DNA from: Adineta vaga
Lineage: Eukaryota > Animalia > Rotifera
NCBI GenBank assembly: GCA_021613535.1
Contig: CP075493.1
Coordinates: 10,044,001 to 10,108,000, forward strand
Length of the DNA: 64,000 nucleotides
Direction: 5' to 3'
Shown here: positions 53,058 through 64,000 of the stretch, one piece after another
Numbering within the stretch: position 1 is the first letter of the stretch
Layout of the letters: each line of letters begins with the position of its first letter
Position numbers and translations under genes: made by a program
Notes under the pieces: model-generated
The model's database searches: none
What the model saw: only the letters and a program-made list of their open reading frames with translations
What the model was told of the DNA's origin: nothing

Positions 53058-54634
53058 GATATATTGTTACGAGTGTTTGAAAATGAAAGATCTACAAAGA
53101 AAAACATAAAATAATATCCGTTATTAAGAAACTTTCGTTGTTTCTTTCAAAATTGAATATCGATTTGTGACGAAGAACCACTATTTACATTTATTATGGA
53201 TATTCTATGGAATACTTTAGAACAAATCATAAGAGATAAATGTCGATTTCATGCAAGAGATTTTCAATATGTTTATGAGATAAATCAAATTCATTTGAGG
53301 TTTTTCCTTTTTTCTAATTTCACCAAAATATAATTGAGAAACTTTTCCTAGTTCTGAATTCTGACATCTAACATAGATGTCGCTGCTCGATATTAATAAA
53401 ATCTACTCTATTTTTATTTATCAATGATCAATGTTTTATCTTTAGAGAACAAAAGTGGTGAGAAAAGACTACGTGCTTTCATTTTTGTTATTCTGTTATT
53501 TTAATGATACAAATAGAGATTTTTTTAAATTTTCATTGCAAAATGATTGTTCATCAAAAATTAATTTCTACGAATGATCTTTAATGGATTGATATTAACC
53601 GAGAAGGTTTTTAGTAGCATCTTGATAGGATTGTACGTTCAGTTAAAAAAAAGACTTGTGAAGGAATGTTTTCATGATAATATAAAGAACTAATATTTCT
53701 TCCATTAGAAAAGGAAAGAAATCTCCGGGATCGGAACATGATATGAATTTACATTAAAATTCTGAAATATATATATATATAGTTTTAATATATGAAGAGT
53801 ATTTTATCATGAACAAACTAGATGAGTAAACCATACCAACTGCTAGGTACATTACATAGAAATTTACCATAAGGAAAACAAAACTTTCAATAATGTTCGC
53901 CTCGCTCTTTAAGTTCATACTATGATCAATTAAGATATGTTTTACTTCTCTTTATGTGATTGATATACTATTTTTATCTCAGTTTTGATGGTGTACAAAA
54001 TATTTTCAATGTATCGAAACTACGATGTGTTCAAGCTCTTGAGAATGAATGAATGAATGGCATTGGGAAGTTTAGATTTTTCAAAATTGAATTTAGAGTC
54101 TTATACGTTTTAAAGTATCTTCTAGTTTTTTAATTAATCATTCTAATCGTAGAAGATTTTCTTAGAATTTTAATGCAAATAGCTTTTCTATCTTTATCTC
54201 AGAAAGAAAATTCCGCGAATAATGAATGTCCTTATTCGTATGAGAATATCAAAAAAGCACTTATCTTTGATGTAAAACCAATAATTATGAGGTTTGTTCA
54301 TAATTATAATCAGTCATGCAAATAAAAGTCTTGATCATATTACATCATGACATGCAAAGGAAAACCTAAAGTAAAATGTTCATTTTCAATTATCTAGACA
54401 ACGATTGTTTCCGTAAGAAAGGATCTGTTCGCTTTATCTTTTCATTGACTTATTTTGCTTTTGAATTCACATATTGAAGAAGTAACATGTTCAAAAGATA
54501 TTAAGGAAGTGATTCTTTTTATTTGTCATTCATTTATTCATTCAGACGGTACAAGAAAAGACAGTAACTTTATTGAAAATGAAGATTCTTTCTTGTTTGT
54601 GTCCAAAATACTACTTTTCTTTGTCTTCCATTGT

Positions 54635-55108
54635 TTAACGAAGATAGATTGAATTGACAATTTCATTCATCACTTCCATGGGTGGTTTGTTAATTTGTTT
54701 ACGTTTTTTTAATGTTTGATGTCCTCCAGCAGTATAAAATGATGATCGTTTGTTGACTGATCCACTGAATGGAGTGTAATCATCACCATCGTCATCATTA
54801 ACAGCATTTTGATTAAGTCGCGTAAACCATTTTGGCACAGTCATTTCATTCTCATTAGAATGGGACATGAGAAATTGATTAGCATGTGTTCGCGGTTGTC
54901 CAAACCAGACAGATGATGATGATGATGGTGCAGAATTTTTTTGATCATAAGTGGAGGGTAATGGTGCTGATGCCAATGAATCATACATAGATGGTTCGGA
55001 GTTTCTATCCATATTTTTGACTGATTCAAGAGGATTTAATGATGGTGTAGGTGAAGAAGAAACATAAGGTAAAAATGCAACAAAAAGAACAAATATCGTA
55101 CTGATCAT
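54635..55108 (-). CDS. Putative neuropeptide/prohormone precursor (single coding exon; an upstream in-frame ATG lies at 55198)
   Basis: Signal-like MISTIFVLFVAFLPYVSS, an acidic spacer, then KR-SSFYTAGGHQTL-KKRK-QINKPPMEVMNEIVNSIYLR-stop. Confidence 0.6.
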   Translation of the reverse strand: MISTIFVLFVAFLPYVSSSPTPSLNPLESVKNMDRNSEPSMYDSLASAPLPSTYDQKNSAPSSSSSVWFGQPRTHANQFLMSHSNENEMTVPKWFTRLNQNAVNDDDGDDYTPFSGSVNKRSSFYTAGGHQTLKKRKQINKPPMEVMNEIVNSIYLR

Positions 55109-57485
55109 CAAAAATTGTGAAAAAAAGGAATGCGAACCAATTGAAAAAGGACGTAAAATATAATATAAAACTGAGCTAATCGATTCTTTGCTTGTCATAT
55201 TTGTACGATGTTTTATAATATATTGAATATATGAGAAAAAACAACAGGGCAGTTATCTGAAATAGAATGAAGATTATTTCTTAGACTTTATTTCTCTCAA
55301 TTTTCTTTCTCTCTCTCTCTTCGTCAGTTTTATAGATAGCCGAGCTAATTAAAGATTATCAAACATGACAGACAAGCGTAATACGTTTTATATAAGAAAA
55401 ACTCCAAGTAGGCGAAAAGATAATAGGAAAAAAAACAATAATTTACTCATTAAAAATAATCTTTTCTATCACAAAATTGACATTTATAGAAATCCAGACG
55501 AGTATTTATCTTATAATAATATATAGTTAACGCAATGGTTAAATGCATTTATTTCTATTCAGTCAACAATATTTAACAACTGAGGTTCTACTCATAAAAA
55601 AAATATATAGTCGAACAATATACCTTTGTCTAAAGAAAGTTCATTGAATGGATCTGTTTAGCATCATACAGGAACTTATATAGAAAAACGTAGAAGACTA
55701 TCAGTCAGCTACACCTGCTTTGTTTAAAAAGGCGTTAAAAGAAATGAGAGAGAGAGAGAGAAAAATGTATAAGAGGAAAATACTTTTTATCTATAATTAT
55801 TTAGCCAATTGACAAGAACGTTTATGAAAACTATATACGCTTCGATGAAACTCTTTTGTTAAAAAAAATCTAATATTCTATCAGATAAAAAAAAACCGAA
55901 TAAATCGGATAGATATTCGTATAGTGCAATATAGTTTCATTGAGCTTTAGAATAAACTGGTGTGTATAATCAAGTTTGCGGGAAAAGGTGTACATCTATT
56001 ATGTTACTTGTTAAAGATGATCCTTTTGGATTTAATATCCTAATAAACTTCGTTAGATGTATAATATAATGACGAGAGAATAGAAAAGTGTAAGATAATG
56101 ATGAATACACAATTTATGTAGTTACCACATATTTCAAGAGTTGCATTGACGTAAGAGAAATCATTGTAATCTAAATAACTCTTCAAAAAAAGAATGTTTT
56201 AATGTCCTCGACAATATCGAATTCCTTCCGTAAGAACATTATCATCAAAAAAACTAAATGATTAACTCTATTATATAAAAATATATAGTAAAACTATCAT
56301 TTAATTTTCTAATAGTTACCTATGACAATACAATTAACGAAAAGAAATTATATTGCGTAGATGCATGTTCCTAAAAACGATTTTGTTTTATCTATGATTT
56401 CTCTTCTCAATTGATAGAAAAATATTCATGATATTCTCCTCTCACTTACTTATTTCCATTTCCGATAACAAATGCACTTTTGTTATATTTTAGAGAGCAA
56501 AATCAAATATGGAACACAAAATGTTTTGATTTACCTTACAAAAAAAAATCATACTACTTTCATCTATTTTCTCTTTCTTTTGAGTGGGCTGAATACTCTC
56601 TGCTTCCATTCTTGCATCCATAAGCGGACATTTCATCGGAAGTCAATCTTTTACTAATGTTGATATCAAGTGATTGCCTATGAAACAACATTTTGTTGAT
56701 TACAAAGACATAAAACAGATCTTTTTTGCGACGGCAAATAATGCAACTTTCTTTTTTCAGATTATATGAATATCAACGTGCATATTCAACATATAGAGTA
56801 CTTTAAGTTGCATGTAATTTATCTCAAGAAGCAATGCTTGCATTTAATTAAGATAAAACTACAAAAAGTTTCTGAAACCTACTTATATCGATGACGATGA
56901 CGTAAACCAATTGACACTAAATGACCTAAATTTCAACATATACGATTTCTGTTTGTTTTTATTCGAATAGTGTTTTGAGAATATAATGTCATCAACGTAG
57001 AGTAGTATCGTTAGTATATCTGGAGGGTATACTATTTATTGTTGGGTTAAAAAAACCTGACTCCATTACTAAGATTAGTGATTGCGTTTGCATGTGTATT
57101 CAATAGATAATAAATAATTGAATACTTTTTATCCTCTACATATGAATGTGGTTGATCAAAAATCAAATTATACAAGGACTGATGTGAATTTTTGTACTTT
57201 ATGACTTAACAAATGTTGGGAAGAAACGATTTTATAAATAAGAAGTGAAACGCCTTACGTAGGGCTCAATAAAAATGAGTTTTTTAATTAAAAATCTATT
57301 TATAATGTAATCAATTGATCTTTTCAACTAAGATTAATTTCGAAATACGAAATAGTATTGAAATTTAGGATATCTGTTATCAATGTAAATCGATGTTTTA
57401 ATCGTCCAGAAATATCAAACATTGTATATAAATAGAACAGAAAAAAAACATTTCATCAAAACGATACACACTTTCTATTTTATCC

Positions 57486-59697
57486 ATGAAAGTAAAGAAT
57501 AGAACTCAGCGTTCATCTCGTACTCATCGACATCAACTTTCACATATTCATGCTTGGATTAAATATAAATCAGATAATATATTTTCAGCAGGTCCTGTAG
57601 TAATCATTCCTATTCTTGCTCTAATATCTATATGTCTTATTCTGATTTTCTCATCATTATATCTTTGGAGTGGAGAAGCCAATACATATTCGCAATCATT
57701 ATGGGAAACATTCATGCGTACACTTGGTTTGAAAGAATTGTTGGTGTTTGCTTCTTTTTTGAATGAAAATCTTTTCTAGATCCTGGTTCTGCTGCTGAGG
57801 ATACGGGAGGAATTCATCGATTTATTTCGGCAACAGTGACTATGTGTGGAATTTTTATTATATCAACATTGATCGGAGCATTAACAACAGGTATGGAAGG
57901 TAAATTAGCTGAATTACGGAAAGGACGCACCAGAGTCATTGAAACCAATCATACAAGTACATTAATTCTATTGAAAAAGAAAAGATGTCATTTTTTTAAT
58001 TAATTCTTCTAGTTATACTCGGTTGGTCAGCAAAAATCTTTGATATAATCAATGAATTAAGCATTGCCAATGAAAATCAATCGAATCCATCGATTGTTAT
58101 TTTAGCTTCGAAAGATCGTATTGAAATGCAAGAAATAATTACACAAAAAATTGATCGAAAACATCATAACACGAAAATTATCTGTCGAAATGGCGATCCA
58201 ATGTCTATTCATGATTTAAATATTCTCTCACCGAATCATGCACGATCAATAATTATCTTAGCACCAACCAATGAGAATCCTGATGTAAGTGTTATTAAAA
58301 CAATCTTAGCCATTACAAATAATCCTCAACGAACGAAATCAAAATTTCATATTGTTGCAGAAATTAAAGAACGTAATAATATTGAAGTAGCACGTATTGC
58401 TGGTGAGAATAATTGTATATCAAATGATCAAAAAAATTCAATTGAAATCACTTTCTAGGTGCAGATGAAGTCGTTTTTGTTCATGCTGATGAAATTATCG
58501 CCAGAATTATAGCACAAAGCGGTCGTCAATCTGGTTTATCTGTCATTTTATCGATGTTACTTTCATTTAATTATAGTGAAATTTATTTCAAATCAGAACC
58601 ATTATTAATTGGAAAAACATTTCATGAAATTCTATTTCTCTATCGTACAAGTACTGTCATCGGTCTGATGTTTGCGGATGAAACAATCAAAATTTCTCCA
58701 TCATCAGATACAATTCTTCAAGAAAATGATCAAATTATTGTTATTGCAGAAGATGATGATGCAATTATTTTACAAACAAGTTCTCCGTTAATCTATCCTT
58801 CAATATCTGCCTTAGTTCAAACAGATATTTCTGTTAAACCATCAATGAATATCAAACAAACAGATATAGAAAAAAATATCATTCTTGGATGGAATTCTAA
58901 AGCATCTCTAATCGCTAAACAATTGGATAATTATGTGTCTGAAGGAAGTGAATTACATATTTTAACAAATATTGATAAAGCAACGAAAATTATAACCGAA
59001 CAATTAGTAAATGAATTACAACGACAAAAGATTTATTTACATTCGGGTGATATTACTAATCGAAATGATTTAGAAAAACTAAATTTGTAAATGAAATAAA
59101 TTTCGTTTGTTTTTTCTTAATTAAAATTCTTTCTTTACTAGATATACTTATCATGATGTTATTCTTCTTGCAAATGATATTAGTAATGAACAAAAACATC
59201 AATTAGAAATGAATTCATCTGAAGCAGCTGATGCAGAATGTTTAATTTGTCTATTACATTTACGAAATTTAATCGATAAAAATCCTCGTCAAAAAACATT
59301 CAGTATTGTTACAGAAATGTTCGATATACGAAATCGAGAATTAGCCGAAATTACACGTGCAGATGATTTTATTGTTAGTCCAAATATTCTTTCGAAATAT
59401 ATTGCACAAATTAGTGAAAATAAAAATCTAACAAAAGTATTTGATGTTCTATTAACAGCAGATGGAGTAGAAATCTATCTTCGACCGATTTCATTATTTA
59501 CAAAACTAGGTATACCGGTTTCATTTAGTCGAATATTAGAAGCATCACTTAAACAACAAACATTAGCAATTGGATATCGACAAATGAAATATGCACAAGA
59601 TCCAAATAAATTCTATGGAATAGTTTTAAATCCTGATAAAGACATTTCAATTATCTTTCGACATGATGATAGAATTATTGTTCTCGCAGAAGAATAG
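57486..59697 (+). CDS. CASTOR/POLLUX/DMI1-like cation channel (2TM + pore + 2 RCK), exons 57486-57726, 57780-57956, 58013-58402, 58459-59086, 59142-59697; 663 aa
   Basis: LWETFMRTLDPGSAAEDTG, GIFIISTLIGALTTG, LRKGRTRVIETNHTIILGWS, LSIANE, IICRNGDP, ARIIAQSGRQSGLS, ADAECLICLLHLR, DDFIVS, GVEIYLRP, LAIGYR, VLNPDK and DRIIVLAE. Exon phases sum to 1992 nt. Confidence 0.9.
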
Positions 59698-60624
59698 TTT
59701 AATATTGATCTATGTTCTCTATATAATAATAAAATCGTCTGAATTGATAACTTCTATTTATTTTTATTTGAATATTTCATGATGTAGAACGGTATTTCTC
59801 GGTAAACGATCGAACTATTGTTGATTTGTTCGAAGTCTTATGAAATAAATGCTCACGATGAACTGCGCATTCATATCAATCTAAGGAAAAATAAAGTCTA
59901 ACATACCTTGAAGATTGTTTGCAGTTGATCCGATAAAGAACAACAGACGAATGGGAAAGTTAACACACACACATATATATATATAAGGAGTATGTTAATG
60001 AAACCTTCTTGATTTATTGTATTTCAAAAGAGTACTTGCCTAGAAAATATCTTCATTATTATTTATATGAATGATCTGTTCCTCGATTGGATGCCTTGAA
60101 AGTTTATATAGAACATAAAATTAATATAAATTTCTTTTTCTATAGACAGTTCATTTGTTATATATATATTAATTGATGGATTTTTGTTGTCTAAAATGAA
60201 CTAGTCCTCCCACACGATGAATTATCTCTTTGCATGTTAGAATGTTTGATCTATGGATCTAAAGTCTATTTCTTTTATCTTCGATCATAAATTATTCAGA
60301 TTCATCATTTATATGTTTGTATGTATCACTTCGCCTTTTAATAACATGTTAACAAAAGTACCTAATTTACCTTTTTTTGAGTATTCGATTGTAATCGGCG
60401 TAGGTGTTTTCTCATTATCAAAGCTTTAAACCTTATAAATTTTTCATCTTGATGAGTTTTGATGTATCATATGTCATTTGTTTAGTTTCAAAAGATGATT
60501 TATTTTTCTCAACAGAGAAATCGTCTAATCTAATATTCATATTATCAAAAATAACCTTGAGTATCAGTCTATTTTCGATGAAATTTCCAATCACAGCTTC
60601 GTTTTTATTTAAGAAAATGTTTAA

Positions 60625-60668
60625 AAAGAAAGAAAGAAAGAAAGAAAGAAAGAAGGAAAGAAAGAAAA
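60625..60668. repeat. (AAAG)n microsatellite
   Basis: Tandem aaag units, degenerate at the end. Confidence 0.8.
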
Positions 60669-60891
60669 ACACTTATATTTAACTGAACAATTGATGTCGA
60701 ATCCAAAGGTTAGTTTTCTAGAAAAGACTTACTGTTGTTGTGCATCATGTAACCAAGATAAAAACAACGATATGTGATCCAACAACTTTTGTTTTGATCA
60801 TGAATAAAGAAAAAGAAACAAACAAACAAATAAAATAACAAAAAAACAAATGTCGACATTTTTCTACTTGAAAAAAAAAAGAAGATTTTTT

Positions 60892-62416
60892 TTATGATGT
60901 TTGAGTATCCTGGGTTTGTTGTTGTTCATTTAATAATTTATTTAACTCTTCCATGATTTTCCAATTACGTTGCCTTAATTGATCATTTTGAGTTTTTAAA
61001 TCATTTAATTCATCTTGAAGTTTAGTCATAGCTTTATTTGATTGATTTTTCATCAGATGATCATATTTAGTTTTAATTTGTTCATAGGAACGAACTTTAC
61101 CTTTTAAATCATCAAATGTTTTTTGTAATTCATCACGTTGTCCAATTATGTCATCGATTTTTGTTGTAGAATTCTTTTCAAGTTCACTATGTTTCTGACG
61201 AAGATTTGTTAATTCTTTATCTAATTTTTTGTATTTATTTATATCAGCAATCATTTGTTCAATTCGTTCTTGTTTTTGAGCATCAGCTAGAAATAAACAA
61301 AGATAACATTAGAAAATTCTTCTAAATTAAATCAAGTTAATCACTTACCTTTTTTATAAATTTCTGCTGCATGTTTACTTGCACGTTCACTATCAGCAAC
61401 CTCATTTTCTAATGCACTATTTCTTATGGTCATTTGTCGAATTTTTTCTGTAAGTATATGTTGTTGTTGTTTAAGTTCGTTGATTGTAGCAGGAAGCATT
61501 GAATAAGCATGTAATTGATGTTGTAATCGAGCATTTTCATCTGCTAATCTTTGTAATTGCATTTGACAGGATAAAATCATTTGTTGATATTGCACGACAT
61601 TTGTAGGTTGTTGTTGTTGAATTTGTCGAATAGTATTTTCCATGTCAGCATTCGATTTCGTCAATTCAAGTACACGATTTTTCTCTGTTTGCAATTCAAT
61701 GGCAAGAATTTTTGCTTGACTACGATATGTTTCATCAAGAATACGTTCAAATGTTTTATCAGATTTGGTTGAAGATAATAAACGTTGTAGATCAGTTTTA
61801 GTCGAAATATGACGAGAAGCAATTTTATTTAAGATTACATCAAGTTCATCAGATGTAAATGGAACTGTATCCAATATTGAGATTAATTCATCAAGAATAC
61901 CATGCGATGTAGCTAATGAACGAATTAAATCAAGTCTTTGAAGAGAAGATTGAGATCCAATAGATGTTGAATATATAGGACTCAAGGAATTGTTACCACC
62001 AGTTAACAGGGAATCTAAATATGAAGTAAAAGATAAAATATGAAATTGAGATGTTTTGTTTTATTCGGTATGGATTGTATAGGAATTTTGAAAAAAACGT
62101 TTAATAAAGTTTGGAAAACAATCATCTATTGGATTGAAATGATCAACAACATATATGATTCATACTTGAATTACGGGTATATATACGTCAGTTGATATCA
62201 GTATATATCCTTCAAACGCAATCGTATAAAATAATCTCTTTTCTATCTTTCACGGGTATTGAATCTATATATTTATATACGACACAAAAATTTGCAAACT
62301 TTGTCAGTAATATATCGGTTTAATAATGATACTTATTATAAATATTACCTGTTAAAATTTCAGATTCTGATGAATAATCATTATTTGTTGATAATTCTTG
62401 TTGTTGCTGCTGCTGC

Positions 62417-62447
<31 letters not shown>

Positions 62448-63237
62448 CTAAAGAATAAACATGTGTTTCTATTTGTTCATTATTTACATAGTGTAATTGA
62501 GATGGTGATGGTAACTGTTGTTGTTGTTGCTGATGATGTTGTTGATGTTGTTGCTCTGATGGTTGAAATGATGAAGGGATAAATTCATTTGATCGTGCAG
62601 CTGAACCAGGAGGAATTGAAGTTTTCCTTGAGTGACCGCCACCACGTCGTCGACGAAACTTTTGTGGAGCAAATTCAGCTTCTTTCTGTTGCTGACGTTG
62701 TTGTTGAAATCTTGGTGGTAATGGATTATAAGCAGAATAGGTATAAAGACTATATGGTATTGATGTATGTCCATTCGTTTTGAAATGATTATCTTGTTGA
62801 TTTTGAGCAGATTTTGGATTATTCATTGACGATAATGAAGATGCTTGTTTAACAGGTGCAACACTTGCTTGAGGTTTTGGTGGAACAACAGATTCTTCTT
62901 TTCCTAATGGCTTATCTGATGTTTTATCAAGTAATTTATTTTTATTACGTTGTTTAACGGACATAATTGATTCTTGTTCATCTTCAACATGTGTTGGAAC
63001 AGATTTGGTTTGTTCAACATTCACTGAATCATTCTGTTCTTGTTCACTATCCGATTGTTCTAAAACTGATTCTTGATCTTTTTCATTGCTTGTTTCAGCT
63101 GATGAAATTTCTTTTTCTTGTTCGTGTTGAATAGGAGTTTTGTCTACAGTTGCTATTTGTTTTCTTCGATTCGCATTTCGACCATTTTTTCGTCGACTTT
63201 TTGCATTATTACGTTGGCTTTGTTGCTCGTGATTCAT
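60892..63237 (-). CDS. Kinectin/RRBP1(p180)-like coiled-coil protein with a polyQ tract (3 coding exons)
   Basis: ORFs 62320, 61341 and 60892 join via GT-AG introns. NDQLRQRNWKIMEEL resembles the kinectin/RRBP1 NDLREKNW-AMEAL motif. The N-terminus is Lys/Arg-rich. Confidence 0.65.
62398..62446 (-). repeat. Coding CAA/CAG repeat (polyglutamine, ~16 Q)
   Basis: ttg/ctg run on the + strand, translated as polyQ in ORF 62320-63237. Confidence 0.9.
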
Positions 63238-64000
63238 TCGATGATGTTTTCCGTTTATTCAAATACGTTAATCAACCTAAAAATGAAATAATATTTATAA
63301 ATATCAGTAGCCACATACAACAATCACTATGTCCATCGACAGACCAGCTGACTGTATGACTGTCATCGTTTTCGTCTTATCTATAATGATAAACACGCAT
63401 AAAATATCACGCTTCGATCGATGTCTTTTATTTATAGTGTGCTCAACTGTGACGAAAGAAAAAAAAACGGAGAAAGAAGGAAAGAAACTTGAACGAATAC
63501 AGAAAAAAATATCTATACACACGCCTACTAAATCATGGAGTAGGAGAGATGTGAATATGCATGCGTAATAGCAAACATGCGACACATACCTGTAGAGAGA
63601 GAGAGAGAGAAAAAAATCAGAGACATGTATTCAGTATTATGTATAAGAAAGAACAAAAAAGTGACTAGTTGAGGAAGTGTGTAGAAGCGCGAAAGGAGAT
63701 TGTTGCCTCTTGAACCAAAAGTTTAATTCTTTCTTCTTTTTTTCTCTCGTTTATTTACATAAGTTTTGAGAAAAAAAAATGAAAGAAGAAATCGAATGAA
63801 CTTATATAAACAAAAATACTATAACGACTGCTCTATTGTATGAATACGTCATCTGAGGGTTAAAAAAACGAGATGACATGATTCAGTGTAAAAATAGTAT
63901 CAATCTATTAGTACCTTGCAGTAATAAACAAAATTAATCATAAGTGATTGATTGTATCCTGAATGATATTCTAACGTCTGCTTCCCATTTACTTTTTCTT

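Noticed and set aside
53058-53400. Possible snoRNA in the RPL12 5' region
   Set aside because: No convincing C/D or H/ACA box pair with terminal stems could be seen by eye; an Infernal/Rfam scan would be needed.
62259-62783. Poly-Val plus-strand ORFs resembling TM segments
   Set aside because: They are the reverse complement of the polyQ codons.
1-64000. Prokaryotic systems (CRISPR, operons, IS elements), transposons, telomeric repeats, tRNA/rRNA
   Set aside because: No repeat-spacer arrays, transposase/RT ORFs, terminal repeats or structured RNA signatures were seen. The bacterial-like genes carry spliceosomal introns among animal genes, so contamination is unlikely.

Overview
Eukaryotic (animal) genomic DNA: very AT-rich and gene-dense, with many ~50-60 nt GT-AG introns, so the ORF track fragments most genes. 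The compact introns, metazoan gene set and intron-containing bacterial-type genes suggest a bdelloid rotifer (inference, not proven). About 21 coding regions were reconstructed by reading splice sites by eye: an ARM+TIR protein (cut off by the window start), two tandem KCTD-CTD/GFRP-like paralogous cassettes, a class A GPCR, PCMT (frameshifted), Acinus-like, cytochrome b5, a coiled-coil protein, PLC-beta, a SERTA protein, ceramide synthase, a membrane-anchored mutarotase-like pseudoenzyme, a CNG channel alpha subunit, Dispatched, a bacterial-type threonine aldolase, a prothymosin-like acidic protein, a secreted furin-site preprotein, RPL12, a neuropeptide-like precursor, a CASTOR/POLLUX-like channel and a kinectin/RRBP1-like protein. 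No tRNA, rRNA, transposon or CRISPR array was recognised. The most notable observations are: (1) a GPCR whose ECL2 holds a Cys-loop peptide between two furin sites; (2) an intronised CASTOR/POLLUX-like channel and a bacterial-type aldolase, both HGT candidates; (3) a possible shared-first-exon switch between two BTB-less KCTD/GFRP-like domains; (4) a type II membrane mutarotase pseudoenzyme; and (5) an operon-like cytb5-Acinus-PCMT array. All family assignments come from remembered motifs; no database searches were run.
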